A stretch of DNA of 64,000 bases. Origin: an uncultured Flavobacterium sp. (GTDB lineage Bacteria > Bacteroidota > Bacteroidia > Flavobacteriales > Flavobacteriaceae). The stretch covers positions 92 through 64,091 of the forward strand of contig CAZQGY010000005.1 in NCBI GenBank assembly GCA_964593435.1. Direction: 5' to 3'. Position numbers and translations under genes: made by a program. Below, in pieces: positions 41,943 to 52,544 of this stretch. Numbering within the stretch: position 1 is the first letter of the stretch; every line of letters starts with the position of its first letter. The notes below the pieces were generated by a model. That model had not been told where the DNA came from, searched no databases, and saw only the letters and a list, made by a program, of their open reading frames with translations.

Positions 41943-43238
41943 ATGATGCAACAACTAGAAAAAGGGAATAATAAAGTTATGAATGCTTGGGCATTTTATG
42001 ATTGGGCTAATTCAGTTTATTCGTTAGTTATATCTTCTTCAATTTTTCCATTATATTTTGGATTTTTATTTACTAAAGAAAACCCAAATATTGAAGTATT
42101 CGGAACAGCTATTAAAGCTACATCACTAGTTTTCTTTACTACTGCTTTTGCTTTCTTAACAGTTGCCGTATTATCTCCAATTTTATCAGGAATTGCTGAT
42201 TATCTAGGAAACAAAAAACGATTTATGCAGTTTTTTTGTTATTTAGGTGCTGCCTCCTGTATAGGATTATATTGGTTTACCAAAGAAAACATAGTATTTG
42301 GCATGTGTTGTTTCTATTTTGGATTGGTTGGTTTTTGGGGAAGTTTAGTATTCTATAATTCGTATTTATCAGATATCGCTTTTACAGAACAACACGATAA
42401 ATTAAGCGCCAAAGGATTTTCATTAGGATATATTGGAAGTGTTATTTTACTTGTAATTTCCTTGTATTTAATTATTGGAAGAACAGATGAAGAAGCCATT
42501 CATGCTATGAAATTATCATTTGTTTTTACTGGAATTTGGTGGATTGTATTTAGTCAATATACTTTTTATTATTTACCAAAAGGAAAGAAAAATAAGCATC
42601 CGTTAACTTTTTCGATAGTACTTAATGGATATAACGAACTAAAGAAAGTTCAAAAATTGTTTTTTAAAGACGTAACATTAAAACGTTTTTTAATTGCCTT
42701 TTTCATCTATAGTATGGCCGTGCAAACGGTAATGCTTGTAGCTACTTATTTTGGAGAACAAGAAATCAATTGGGGAAATGCAGATGAAAAAAGACAAGGT
42801 TTAATTATTAGTATATTAATGATTCAATTAGTTGCGGTTTTGGGAGCTGTTTTAACCTCAAAATTAGCTCTAAAATTCGGAAACATTAAAACATTAATTG
42901 GCATTAATTCTGTTTGGATATTTATTTGTATAGGCGCTTTTTTTGTTACAGAACCCATTGAATTTTACTTGGTTGCAGGGATTGTGGGTTTAGTAATGGG
43001 GGGCATACAATCCCTTTCACGCTCCACTTTTTCAAAATTAATGCCTGAAACAAATGACACTACCTCATTTTTTAGTTTCTATGATGTAGCTGAAAAAATT
43101 GGTATCGTAATAGGAATGATTCTTTATGGAAGCATCAACCAAATCACAGGAAGTATGCGAAATGCCATATTATTTCTTGTGCTGTTTTTTGTGATTGGTG
43201 TTATTTTACTTTTTAGAACACTAAAAATTCAGAAATAA
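41943..43238 (+). CDS. MFS transporter (UMF1/Atg22-like)
   Basis: WAFYDWANS, YNSYL, QSLSRS and FFSFY motifs, about 12 TM. Confidence 0.88.
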   Translation: MMQQLEKGNNKVMNAWAFYDWANSVYSLVISSSIFPLYFGFLFTKENPNIEVFGTAIKATSLVFFTTAFAFLTVAVLSPILSGIADYLGNKKRFMQFFCYLGAASCIGLYWFTKENIVFGMCCFYFGLVGFWGSLVFYNSYLSDIAFTEQHDKLSAKGFSLGYIGSVILLVISLYLIIGRTDEEAIHAMKLSFVFTGIWWIVFSQYTFYYLPKGKKNKHPLTFSIVLNGYNELKKVQKLFFKDVTLKRFLIAFFIYSMAVQTVMLVATYFGEQEINWGNADEKRQGLIISILMIQLVAVLGAVLTSKLALKFGNIKTLIGINSVWIFICIGAFFVTEPIEFYLVAGIVGLVMGGIQSLSRSTFSKLMPETNDTTSFFSFYDVAEKIGIVIGMILYGSINQITGSMRNAILFLVLFFVIGVILLFRTLKIQK

Positions 43239-43401
43239 TTTAAAAATCTAAATATTGTATTCCCATTTATGGCATACATCTTGACTACTACAAGTGTAAA
43301 TTAAACTTCATAACTTGTTTTTATTGAGACTTGCGTCGAATAAAAAAAATAGTTGTAAATTTACTTTCCTTTTTTAATGACAAAATGACTTATAAATAGA
43401 T

Positions 43402-45870
43402 ATGCCAAACCATAAAATAGTAGCGATTGACAATTTGTCGCTTCAAGAACTAGATTCAGAAGCAGAATTAATTCCATTAATGACTCCGGAAGATGAGGAG
43501 GAAATGAATAATGAGGAATTACCTGCAGATTTACCCATTTTACCTTTAAGAAATACTGTTTTATTTCCTGGAGTGGTTATTCCTATTACTGCTGGAAGAG
43601 ATAAATCGATAAAATTAATAAACGATGCGAATGCAGCTGGTAAAATTATTGGTGTAGTAGCGCAAAAAAATGAAGCTGACGAAGATCCTACTTCAGATGA
43701 AATTCATCATGTAGGAACTGTTGCCCGCATTATGCGTGTTTTGAAAATGCCTGACGGAAATACAACTATCATTCTTCAAGGAAAAAAGCGTTTCGAAATT
43801 AATGAATTTACTCAAAATGAGCCTTACTTTAAAGCCACAATAAAGGAAGTAAATGAAGTGCGTCCAAATAAAAAAGATGAAGAATTTTCAACTATTATTG
43901 AATCTATTAAAGATTTAGCAATTGAAATCATAAAAGAGAGTCCAAATATTCCTTCAGAAGCTACTTTTGCAATTAAAAACATCGAGAGTAATCCGTTTTT
44001 AATCAATTTTGTATCTTCAAATATGAACTTAAATGTTTCGGATAAGCAATACTTATTAGGAATTGTAGATTTAAAAGAACGTGCGTTAGAAACCTTAAGA
44101 TATATGAATTTAGAACTTCAGAAATTGGAGTTAAAAAATGATATTCAATCTAAAGTTCGATTTGATTTAGACCAACAACAACGTGAATATTTCTTACAGC
44201 AACAAATGAAAACCATTCAGGAAGAATTGGGTGGCGTTTCGCACGATGCTGAAATTGAAGAAATGCGTAACAAAGGAAAAAGTAAAAAATGGGATGCAAA
44301 AACGGCGGAACATTTTGATAAAGAAATTTATAAATTACAACGTACCAATCCAAATTCACCAGATTTTGGAATACAACGAAATTACTTAGATTTATTTTTA
44401 GAATTGCCTTGGAACGAATTTTCTAAAGATAAATTTGATCTTAAAAAAGCACAACAAATTTTAGATAGAGATCATTTTGGTTTAGAGGATGTAAAAAAAC
44501 GAATTATAGAACATTTGGCCGTTTTGAAACTGCGAAACGATATGAAATCGCCAATTTTATGCTTATACGGACCTCCAGGTGTAGGTAAAACATCAATTGG
44601 GAAATCGGTTGCTGAAGCTTTAGGAAGAGAATATGTGCGGATTTCTTTAGGAGGCTTACGTGATGAAGCAGAAATTCGCGGGCACAGAAAAACTTATATT
44701 GGTGCGATGCCGGGAAGAATTATTCAATCTATCAAAAAAGCAAAAACCTCAAATCCAGTTTTCGTTTTAGATGAAATTGACAAATTATCTTCAAGTCATA
44801 ATGGCGATCCATCTTCTGCGCTATTAGAAGTTTTAGATCCAGAACAAAACAGCGATTTTCATGATAATTTCTTAGAACTTGGTTACGACCTATCTAAAGT
44901 AATGTTCATCGCTACATCTAATAGTTTATCAACCATTCAACCTGCGTTAAGAGATAGAATGGAAATTATAAACATGTCGGGTTATACCATTGAAGAAAAA
45001 ATTGAAATTGCGAAAAACTTCTTGTTACCAAAACAATTAAAGGAACACGGATTAACTACAAAAGATTTGCAAATTGGTAAAAAACAATTAGAGAAAATCG
45101 TGACGGGTTATACACGTGAATCTGGAGTTCGTAGTTTAGATAAAACGATTGCTCAAATGGTGCGTCATGCTGCAAAATCTGTAGCTATGGAAGAAGATTA
45201 TAATAAAAAAGTAACAGATACTGATATTCTTGAAGTACTAAAATCACCAAGAATGGAACGAGATAAATATGAAAATAACGATACCGCTGGTGTAGTTACT
45301 GGGTTAGCTTGGACATCTGTTGGAGGTGATATTTTATTTATTGAATCGTTAGTTTCAAAAGGAAAAGGCGCGATGACTATGACAGGAAATTTAGGAACTG
45401 TTATGAAAGAATCGGTAACAATAGCTTTAGAATACATAAAAGCCAATTCCAAACAATTGAATATCGAGCCAGAAATTTTAAATCAATATAACATTCACAT
45501 TCACGTACCAGAAGGCGCTACTCCAAAAGACGGTCCAAGTGCAGGAATTGCTATGTTAACCTCAATGGTTTCTAGTTTTACACAAAATAGAATTAAGAAA
45601 AATATTGCTATGACTGGAGAAATTACTTTACGTGGAAAAGTGTTACCTGTTGGTGGAATTAAAGAAAAAATATTAGCCGCAAAACGTGCCAATATTAAAG
45701 AAATTATTTTATGTAAAGAAAACAAACGCGATATTGAAGAAATTAATGCCGATTATTTAACTGGTTTAACTTTTCATTATGTTGATACTATGAAAGAAGT
45801 AATTGACATAGCTATTTTGAAAGAAAAAGTAAAAAACACAATAACTTTTGACATAAAAAAGTCAAATTAA
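43402..45870 (+). CDS. lon: Lon ATP-dependent protease
   Basis: LPLRNTVLFPG, GPPGVGKTS, DEIDK and PKDGPSAG motifs. Confidence 0.96.
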   Translation: MPNHKIVAIDNLSLQELDSEAELIPLMTPEDEEEMNNEELPADLPILPLRNTVLFPGVVIPITAGRDKSIKLINDANAAGKIIGVVAQKNEADEDPTSDEIHHVGTVARIMRVLKMPDGNTTIILQGKKRFEINEFTQNEPYFKATIKEVNEVRPNKKDEEFSTIIESIKDLAIEIIKESPNIPSEATFAIKNIESNPFLINFVSSNMNLNVSDKQYLLGIVDLKERALETLRYMNLELQKLELKNDIQSKVRFDLDQQQREYFLQQQMKTIQEELGGVSHDAEIEEMRNKGKSKKWDAKTAEHFDKEIYKLQRTNPNSPDFGIQRNYLDLFLELPWNEFSKDKFDLKKAQQILDRDHFGLEDVKKRIIEHLAVLKLRNDMKSPILCLYGPPGVGKTSIGKSVAEALGREYVRISLGGLRDEAEIRGHRKTYIGAMPGRIIQSIKKAKTSNPVFVLDEIDKLSSSHNGDPSSALLEVLDPEQNSDFHDNFLELGYDLSKVMFIATSNSLSTIQPALRDRMEIINMSGYTIEEKIEIAKNFLLPKQLKEHGLTTKDLQIGKKQLEKIVTGYTRESGVRSLDKTIAQMVRHAAKSVAMEEDYNKKVTDTDILEVLKSPRMERDKYENNDTAGVVTGLAWTSVGGDILFIESLVSKGKGAMTMTGNLGTVMKESVTIALEYIKANSKQLNIEPEILNQYNIHIHVPEGATPKDGPSAGIAMLTSMVSSFTQNRIKKNIAMTGEITLRGKVLPVGGIKEKILAAKRANIKEIILCKENKRDIEEINADYLTGLTFHYVDTMKEVIDIAILKEKVKNTITFDIKKSN

Positions 45871-45896
45871 ATTTTCGGATATTCAGAAAAAAGACT

Positions 45897-45932
45897 AAAA
45901 CCTATATGAAATAAAACATATAGGTTTTTTCT
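45897..45932 (+). terminator. lon terminator
   Basis: AAAACCTATATG / CATATAGGTTTT arms. Confidence 0.8.
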
Positions 45933-45959
45933 TTATATTTGAAATATTAAAATAAAATA

Positions 45960-47105
45960 ATGAAAATACTACTTGTTGGAGAATTTAGTCGGTTACACAA
46001 TTCATTAAAGGAAGGACTTTTGGCATTAGGCCATGAAGTTGTTTTGGTGAATAATGGCGATGGATTTAAAAATTTTCCGGCAGATATAAGTATTCGAGCT
46101 GCTTTATTTAAATCGAAATTAGGGAATATTCCAAGACAAATTTGGTTTAGAATGTTTAAATTCGATTTGGCTTTATTAGAACATGGCATTCGATTTTGGA
46201 GAATTTCTAAAAAATTAAACAACTTTGATGTAGTTCAGTTAATTAATGAAAGACCAATTCAAACTGTTTCAAAATTAGAATTGTTTTTACTGAAACGTAT
46301 TTTCAAGCAAAATAAAAAAGTGTTCTTAATGTGTTGCGGTATAGATTATATGACCGTAACTCATATGCTTCAACAAAAAGATAGATATTCTGTTATGAAT
46401 CCCTACTTTGAAGGTATTCCAGAAGCTAAAAAACAATATGACTACTATTTTGATTTTTTAACCAAATCACATCAAAAAATTCATCAATTTTTATACAAAA
46501 ATAGTTCAGGTGTCATTGCGTCTGATTTAGATTATGTAACACCTCTTATTGGAAATGAAAAGTATTTAGGTATGATTGCAAATCCTATAAATATTGATAA
46601 AATTGGAAGTAATGAAACAACAATTTCTGGAAAAATTTCTATTTTCTTAGGTATAAATTCAGGAAATTCTTTCACAAAGGGAACTTCATTTTTTGAAAAA
46701 GCGCTAGTAATTATTCAAGAAAAATACCCTAATTTGATTGAAGTCGTAATTACTAAAGATATACCTTATATAAAATATCAAAAACATTTTGAACAAGCAC
46801 ATATCATTTTAGACCAAGTGTATGGTTTTGACCAAGGATTTAATGCTTTAGAAGCTATGGCCAAAGGTAAAGTAGTGTTTACTGGTATGGAAACTGAATT
46901 TTTAAATCATTATAATTTACAAGAAGATGAAGTAGCAATAAATGCTCTGCCTGATGTAAATTATTTAGTTGAGAAATTATCCTATTTGATTGAAAATCCT
47001 TCAGAAATTAATCGAATTGGTAAAAATGCCATTCAATTCATACAAAAAGAGCACCATTATATTACTCAAGCTGAGAAGTATGTGACACTTTGGAAGACCA
47101 ATTAA
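45960..47105 (+). CDS. Glycosyltransferase (GT-B, GT4-like)
   Basis: MKILLVGEFSRLH, DQVYGFDQGFNALEAMAKGKVV and EHHY motifs. Confidence 0.8.
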   Translation: MKILLVGEFSRLHNSLKEGLLALGHEVVLVNNGDGFKNFPADISIRAALFKSKLGNIPRQIWFRMFKFDLALLEHGIRFWRISKKLNNFDVVQLINERPIQTVSKLELFLLKRIFKQNKKVFLMCCGIDYMTVTHMLQQKDRYSVMNPYFEGIPEAKKQYDYYFDFLTKSHQKIHQFLYKNSSGVIASDLDYVTPLIGNEKYLGMIANPINIDKIGSNETTISGKISIFLGINSGNSFTKGTSFFEKALVIIQEKYPNLIEVVITKDIPYIKYQKHFEQAHIILDQVYGFDQGFNALEAMAKGKVVFTGMETEFLNHYNLQEDEVAINALPDVNYLVEKLSYLIENPSEINRIGKNAIQFIQKEHHYITQAEKYVTLWKTN

Positions 47106-48387
47106 GTTTTTCTTTCAAGAACAACACAACCACAACTAACATAAAAAACTCATAAGGAAAAGCATATTTTGCATTGGTTCCATACACTACTAGTGCTTGT
47201 AAAATGGCTGCCGCATGAATAAATACTAAAAGAATCATCACATTAGTAACTTTTCTGTTTTTTATAAAGAGAAACGTATAATAAAAACTTAAAAAGAAAA
47301 AAACAAATTTCAAAATTAGAACTGCTATCATTTGAATAGCATTAACAACTGAAACCACTGAATTAAACGTATTGTCTTTAAAATTCATATACGGTTTCAT
47401 ATCAAAAACCTTCCAAAAATCAAACCACGAATGGGTAATAGAATAATATAGATAATCACCGAAATTTGTAGCGATTGTGGCCTTTGCATAATCACCAAAT
47501 TGATGTGTAACATCAGCAAATTTCGTGTATTTCGGTGCCAAATGTTGTCCACCCCATACTTTCCAAATGGCCATAGAAGCATCTTCGCCGTTATGTAGCA
47601 TTTCCTCTCTATATTTCACATACGGTTTTGCTATATAATCGTATTCTTTTGGGCCTTTTTCAGCAAAAAATAAGCAGTTTTGAGCTAAATTTAAACCAAA
47701 ATAAGCAGTTGGTTCAAAGTAACCAATTTTTTCTTCTACAAAACTACACCAAGAAAAATAAGCGTACGCTGGTAAAATAAAAATAATTAATTTGACAGAA
47801 ATTACTTTTTTAAAAGAAGGATTTTTTATTAGATATAATACGAAAATTAAAAACGGATAAAAAAGAAAAAAGGGCTTTACTAAAATTAATACAGCAAGTA
47901 GTACGCTCATAATAATTTCAACAATAATTTGTTTTTTTTCAAAATAATTGTTCAATAAAACATATAGTATTAACGAATTTAGTAACAACATAAATGTTTC
48001 CGCTAAAATAAACGTTTCATAGAAAAAATTTTGAAGGTATAAAGCAAAAAATAACGTGCAATTAAAAGAGATTTTTTCAGCTATGTTAAGATTTAATAAA
48101 GTTTTAAACCATAAAATACTGGTAATAATTCCCATTAGCATTTGTACTAAAACTACTAACATTTTATCATGATTTAATATATAAACTAAGTAAGGATAAC
48201 CAGGTGTTCTTTCTCCTAAATAATCGTTAAAATTATCGTTTAGCAATTCTGTTACAAAATGATTGAACGCCCAACTATCAGGAGCTTCAGAAAAAAAATT
48301 GTATCCAAAATAGAAAATTGATTTTGCCGTAAAAAGGAAAAAAATCAACAAGTAAATATATTTGTTATTTAGTAAATGTTGCTTCAT
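47062..48387 (-). CDS. Polytopic membrane protein, probable GT-C (ArnT/PMT-like) glycosyltransferase
   Basis: About 11 TM. PDSWAF, RTPGYP, LAETF, VKP and terminal KYAFP pattern. ATG 48387 chosen as start. Confidence 0.6.
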   Translation of the reverse strand: MKQHLLNNKYIYLLIFFLFTAKSIFYFGYNFFSEAPDSWAFNHFVTELLNDNFNDYLGERTPGYPYLVYILNHDKMLVVLVQMLMGIITSILWFKTLLNLNIAEKISFNCTLFFALYLQNFFYETFILAETFMLLLNSLILYVLLNNYFEKKQIIVEIIMSVLLAVLILVKPFFLFYPFLIFVLYLIKNPSFKKVISVKLIIFILPAYAYFSWCSFVEEKIGYFEPTAYFGLNLAQNCLFFAEKGPKEYDYIAKPYVKYREEMLHNGEDASMAIWKVWGGQHLAPKYTKFADVTHQFGDYAKATIATNFGDYLYYSITHSWFDFWKVFDMKPYMNFKDNTFNSVVSVVNAIQMIAVLILKFVFFFLSFYYTFLFIKNRKVTNVMILLVFIHAAAILQALVVYGTNAKYAFPYEFFMLVVVVLFLKEKLNWSSKVSHTSQLE

Positions 48388-48388
48388 T

Positions 48389-49096
48389 TTATGTTCTATA
48401 AATTTTAAGAAGTTCAAATGGTATTTTAAAAAAATCGATAACTTTAATTTTTGAATTTCCTATTTCTTCCCATTTTTCTAATGGAATTTCTTTGACCACT
48501 TCTTTTAAATTATGAATCTTTTGCAAACGTTTCAATAATTCCACATCAAATAACCATTTTGAAAGAAAAGGTTTCGAAAAAATATGCTTAGCTGTTTCAA
48601 AATCAATGACTTTAGCACCACATTGTGTGTCATAAACTGCAACTTTCAATACAAACTGACTGACAATTGTAGCGAAAATTCGACCAAAATAATGTCTTTT
48701 TAAAGATCTTTTTACTTGATTTCCAATTAATTTTATTCGAGCACCCATAACCAATAAATAGTTTGGATTTTGAATTGAAAACTGGATTAATTTTTCTAAT
48801 TCCGAAAATGGTGTAGCTAAATCAGCATCGTAATACACAATAAAATCGGCAGTAGAAATCGATAAAACAGCCGAACGAATGGCTTCGGCCTTTCCAATAT
48901 TTTTATCTAATTTTAAAATAGTTAAGTTCGGAAATTTGTTTTTGAATTCGTCTAAAATAATACTTGTATTGTCAGTACTTCCATCATCAACTAAAATAAA
49001 ATTATATTGTAAATAGTTATTGAAAATCTGGTAAAAACAATCAAAATCGATTCGTTTTTCTTCGTTATAAAACGGAATAATTATCGTAATTTTCAT
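48389..49096 (-). CDS. GT2 glycosyltransferase (polyprenol-phosphate glycosyltransferase-like)
   Basis: IPFYNEE, VDDGSTD, GKAEA, DADLAT, DTQCGAK and WLFDVE motifs. Confidence 0.88.
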   Translation of the reverse strand: MKITIIIPFYNEEKRIDFDCFYQIFNNYLQYNFILVDDGSTDNTSIILDEFKNKFPNLTILKLDKNIGKAEAIRSAVLSISTADFIVYYDADLATPFSELEKLIQFSIQNPNYLLVMGARIKLIGNQVKRSLKRHYFGRIFATIVSQFVLKVAVYDTQCGAKVIDFETAKHIFSKPFLSKWLFDVELLKRLQKIHNLKEVVKEIPLEKWEEIGNSKIKVIDFFKIPFELLKIYRT

Positions 49097-50361
49097 CTTA
49101 ATTCTTTTCTAAAATAAATTACTAAAACTAACAAATACATAAAATAAGTAAAGGTGTGAGCCATTACTATTCCGTTTATTCCAATGGTATGCAACATCCA
49201 ATTTGATGAAAAATATAGTATACTTAAAGAAATTATTTCTGTAATAATAAATACCTTTGTTTTTTTATTTGCAATTAATATTGTTCCAAAAATTAAAGAA
49301 ATCGCTTTTAATAAATCACCCAATAATTGCCAAAGAAATAACGATTCCATAGTTTCAAATTCAGAAGAAAACAAAACTTGAATAATAAATTTTCTAAAAA
49401 TATAAATTAGAACCAATGCAAAGGTAAAAATAGGAATAATCGTTTTTAAATAATTAAAAATAATCGCATTTAAATTTGAATTTTTTGCCGCTATTTTTGG
49501 GTAAAAATAAATTGTCATTATCGAAGAAACGAACAATAAATAATACGATGAAATCCGTTGTAAACCTTCATAAATTCCGGCATTTTGTAATCCCGTTATA
49601 GTAACAATATTGGTTCGAATTTCCAACAATACGAAAGAACCAATTACACCAGAAACCAATGCCATCAACACATATTCAGACAAATTTTTTACAACTGAAA
49701 AATTGAAGTTTTGAAAGGAAAAAACATCAGAAATTGAAATAAGATTTTTAAGATAGAATAAGCAAACAAAAAAGACAAAAACTGGTGCTAAAGCTAAGGA
49801 AACCAAAGCGCCAAATGTGGAATAATAATAGATTAAAAACAACGAAAATATTAACGCAATACCACTTGAAATAATCTGAATATAAATAACCTTTTTATAT
49901 TCCTGAAAACCGTTAATTACAGATATACAAAACGTTGAAAAAACATATAATGGAAATACGATAGCTATACAATAAAACACAAAACTATATTTTTCTGACT
50001 GATTAAAAATTTGATTAGACCAATATTTAGCTCCTAAAATTAATAATATACTAATTGCAATTGAAGAAGATAAAAGCAACAAACCAAAAGTTGCTAAAAC
50101 CGATTTTAATTTAGTTTTATCATGCTGATTTTCAGAGACATATTTTATTATCGCATTCTGAATTCCGAGTAAAGAAAAATTTTCAACTACATTTAAAAAA
50201 GCTCTAAAATTTCCTACATATGCCATTCCGTTTGCACCAACAAAAAGGGCTAACGCTTTGGATGTAATGAACCCGAAAATTAATTTTAACAAAATATGAA
50301 TACTATTCAAAGAAGTAATTTTGAATAAAGGTTGTTGAATTATTTTCTTAATTTCAGACAA
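49093..50361 (-). CDS. wzx: O-antigen/lipid-linked glycan flippase, WzxE-like
   Basis: About 12 TM. ALFVGANGMAYVGNF, AGIYEGLQRISS and WQLLGDLLK motifs. Confidence 0.85.
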   Translation of the reverse strand: MSEIKKIIQQPLFKITSLNSIHILLKLIFGFITSKALALFVGANGMAYVGNFRAFLNVVENFSLLGIQNAIIKYVSENQHDKTKLKSVLATFGLLLLSSSIAISILLILGAKYWSNQIFNQSEKYSFVFYCIAIVFPLYVFSTFCISVINGFQEYKKVIYIQIISSGIALIFSLFLIYYYSTFGALVSLALAPVFVFFVCLFYLKNLISISDVFSFQNFNFSVVKNLSEYVLMALVSGVIGSFVLLEIRTNIVTITGLQNAGIYEGLQRISSYYLLFVSSIMTIYFYPKIAAKNSNLNAIIFNYLKTIIPIFTFALVLIYIFRKFIIQVLFSSEFETMESLFLWQLLGDLLKAISLIFGTILIANKKTKVFIITEIISLSILYFSSNWMLHTIGINGIVMAHTFTYFMYLLVLVIYFRKELR

Positions 50362-51441
50362 TTAATACGAATTTAAAGTAGTAATAATATGGGTAATTTC
50401 AGTTTCAAGCAAGACAGAACTCATTGGTAAACTTAATACTTCACGATGAATTTTTTCTGTTATTGGCAAATTCAAATGATTATAATCTTGTAATGCTTTT
50501 TGTTTATGAGGCGGAATTGGGTAATGAATAACGGTTTCAATTCCGTTAGAATTTAAATATTCTTGTAAGTCATTTCTGTTTTCAGTACGAATTACAAATA
50601 AATGAAATACATGTTCATTGAAGTTGTTGCAAATTGGTAATTCAATTTTTTTGTTATTAATTTCAGATAAATAACGTTTTGCTATTTTTTTTCGCGTCTC
50701 ATTTTCAGTATTTAAATGTGGCAACTTAATGTTTAAAAACGCCGCTTGTAATTCATCTAAACGAGAATTTATTCCAATAAAATCGTTATTATATTTTTTA
50801 CTTGAACCATAATTTCTTAGAGAAAATAAAACTTCTGCTAATGTATTATCGTTGGTTGTTATTGCACCACCATCGCCTAAAGCACCTAAATTTTTTCCAG
50901 GATAAAAGCTAAAAGCTCTCGTGTGATTTCCTTTAAAAGTTAATCCGTGAGCTTGAGCAGCATCTTCAATAATAAGTAAATTATTTGACTCACAAATAGC
51001 ATTTATTTTATCCATTTCGGCTAATTGTCCATATAAATGAACCACTAAAATAGCCTTAGTTTTTAAAGTGATTTTTTCTTCAATTAAATTGGGATCAATA
51101 TTGTACGTTTCAATAGTTGGTTCTACAAAAACAGGAAGTAAATCGGCTTGTAAAATTGCCAAAACAGAAGCTATATATGTATTGGCTGGAACAAGTATTT
51201 CATCTCCCTTTTTTAGTGTACCTAATTGTATATTTGCTTTTAAAATTAATACTAAAGCATCTAATCCATTTCCAACACCAATACAATGCTTCGATTTAGA
51301 AAATGTAGCAAAACTTTGTTCAAATTGTTTCACTTCATCACCTAAAACATACCAACCTTTATCTAAAAATGCTGCGGTTTTAGCTAAAAACTGAGCCTCA
51401 AATGGTTTATTTAATTTATGTAAATCTAAAAATTTTATCAT
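50362..51441 (-). CDS. DegT/DnrJ/EryC1/StrS sugar aminotransferase
   Basis: [30 protein letters not shown] and [10 protein letters not shown] motifs. Confidence 0.92.
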   Translation of the reverse strand: MIKFLDLHKLNKPFEAQFLAKTAAFLDKGWYVLGDEVKQFEQSFATFSKSKHCIGVGNGLDALVLILKANIQLGTLKKGDEILVPANTYIASVLAILQADLLPVFVEPTIETYNIDPNLIEEKITLKTKAILVVHLYGQLAEMDKINAICESNNLLIIEDAAQAHGLTFKGNHTRAFSFYPGKNLGALGDGGAITTNDNTLAEVLFSLRNYGSSKKYNNDFIGINSRLDELQAAFLNIKLPHLNTENETRKKIAKRYLSEINNKKIELPICNNFNEHVFHLFVIRTENRNDLQEYLNSNGIETVIHYPIPPHKQKALQDYNHLNLPITEKIHREVLSLPMSSVLLETEITHIITTLNSY

Positions 51442-52421
51442 ATCAAAACCTGCTTTAATTTTACGAAATTCTTAGGTTCAATTTCATAAAAATTTTGAAC
51501 GATTGTTCTTGCTCCAAAAGATTCTTTCCAATAATGTAAACTTTCGTTTAATTGTAAACCATTATTTTCGTTAGAAATACCAAAATCAAAAAACTTATAA
51601 TTACTAAAAACAGTGTTAATTAAGTGATAATATAAAAAATCTAAACCACCATATTTAGTATTGAATGCTATATTCCCTGAAATATATTGCGGATGAATTA
51701 CATTTTTAGTAACAAAAACGGTTACGCCGCCAACAATTTTATTTTCAAAATACACATTAAATTGTCTGATTAATTCTGGAAATTTTGACTTTAAATATGT
51801 TATTTCTTCTAAAGTATGAATGGGTTTTGTTTGATATTTTTGTGCTAAATTTGGAAGTAATAATTCTTTCCAAAACAAATCAAAAGAAGTTTCTTCAACA
51901 ATTTTTAACTGATGCTTTTCGCCAGTTTGAATACCTCGTTTTCTAACTCTAGAAGGAGTAATTTTATTTCCTAATTCCACAATTGCTATTGCGTCTCTTC
52001 TGGTTAGTTTGGCTTGTAACAAAAAAGAAATGTATTCCATTTCATCTGAAGGAAATAAATTATAAATAATTGGAATTATCTTTAGATGAAGTTTAATAAT
52101 TTCAGCATCAAATAAATACTGCATTAGCTGATAATTTAACTGTATTACTTCTGAAAGTTTGCAATTTGAATCTAAAACTAAACCGCCATAGGTTAAACCT
52201 TGATGTGAAAAAATTTCATTACCTACTCTATTGGCGGGCAAAAGTGCTATTAAATTATCTTTTTCATCAAAAATAAGTAATGAATAATCTTCAAATCTAT
52301 CGGAATGATATTCCATAAAATCTCTATGAAACAAAAATGTAGCATTTTTTGCATTTGCCACAAAATGATTCCACACTTGATAATAATCTGAAGTATATGT
52401 TATTATTTTATAAGTATTCAT
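51438..52421 (-). CDS. GNAT/FemAB-like acyltransferase
   Basis: [30 protein letters not shown] and WKESFGAR motifs. ATG 52421 chosen as start. Confidence 0.75.
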   Translation of the reverse strand: MNTYKIITYTSDYYQVWNHFVANAKNATFLFHRDFMEYHSDRFEDYSLLIFDEKDNLIALLPANRVGNEIFSHQGLTYGGLVLDSNCKLSEVIQLNYQLMQYLFDAEIIKLHLKIIPIIYNLFPSDEMEYISFLLQAKLTRRDAIAIVELGNKITPSRVRKRGIQTGEKHQLKIVEETSFDLFWKELLLPNLAQKYQTKPIHTLEEITYLKSKFPELIRQFNVYFENKIVGGVTVFVTKNVIHPQYISGNIAFNTKYGGLDFLYYHLINTVFSNYKFFDFGISNENNGLQLNESLHYWKESFGARTIVQNFYEIEPKNFVKLKQVLI

Positions 52422-52544
52422 TATTGATTTTAAGTATTCTAATTTTGAAAAATAGTAATTTCGCATCTTAAATCTTTGGGGAAATTAGTAAAATTTATTA
52501 CTTTGGTAAAATTATTCAGCATAAATATTAAATTTTAAAACCTA

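Noticed and set aside
47933-48298. T8/A8 runs in the GT-C-like gene as phase-variation tracts
   Set aside because: The frame is intact, and 8-mers of A/T are common at this AT content.
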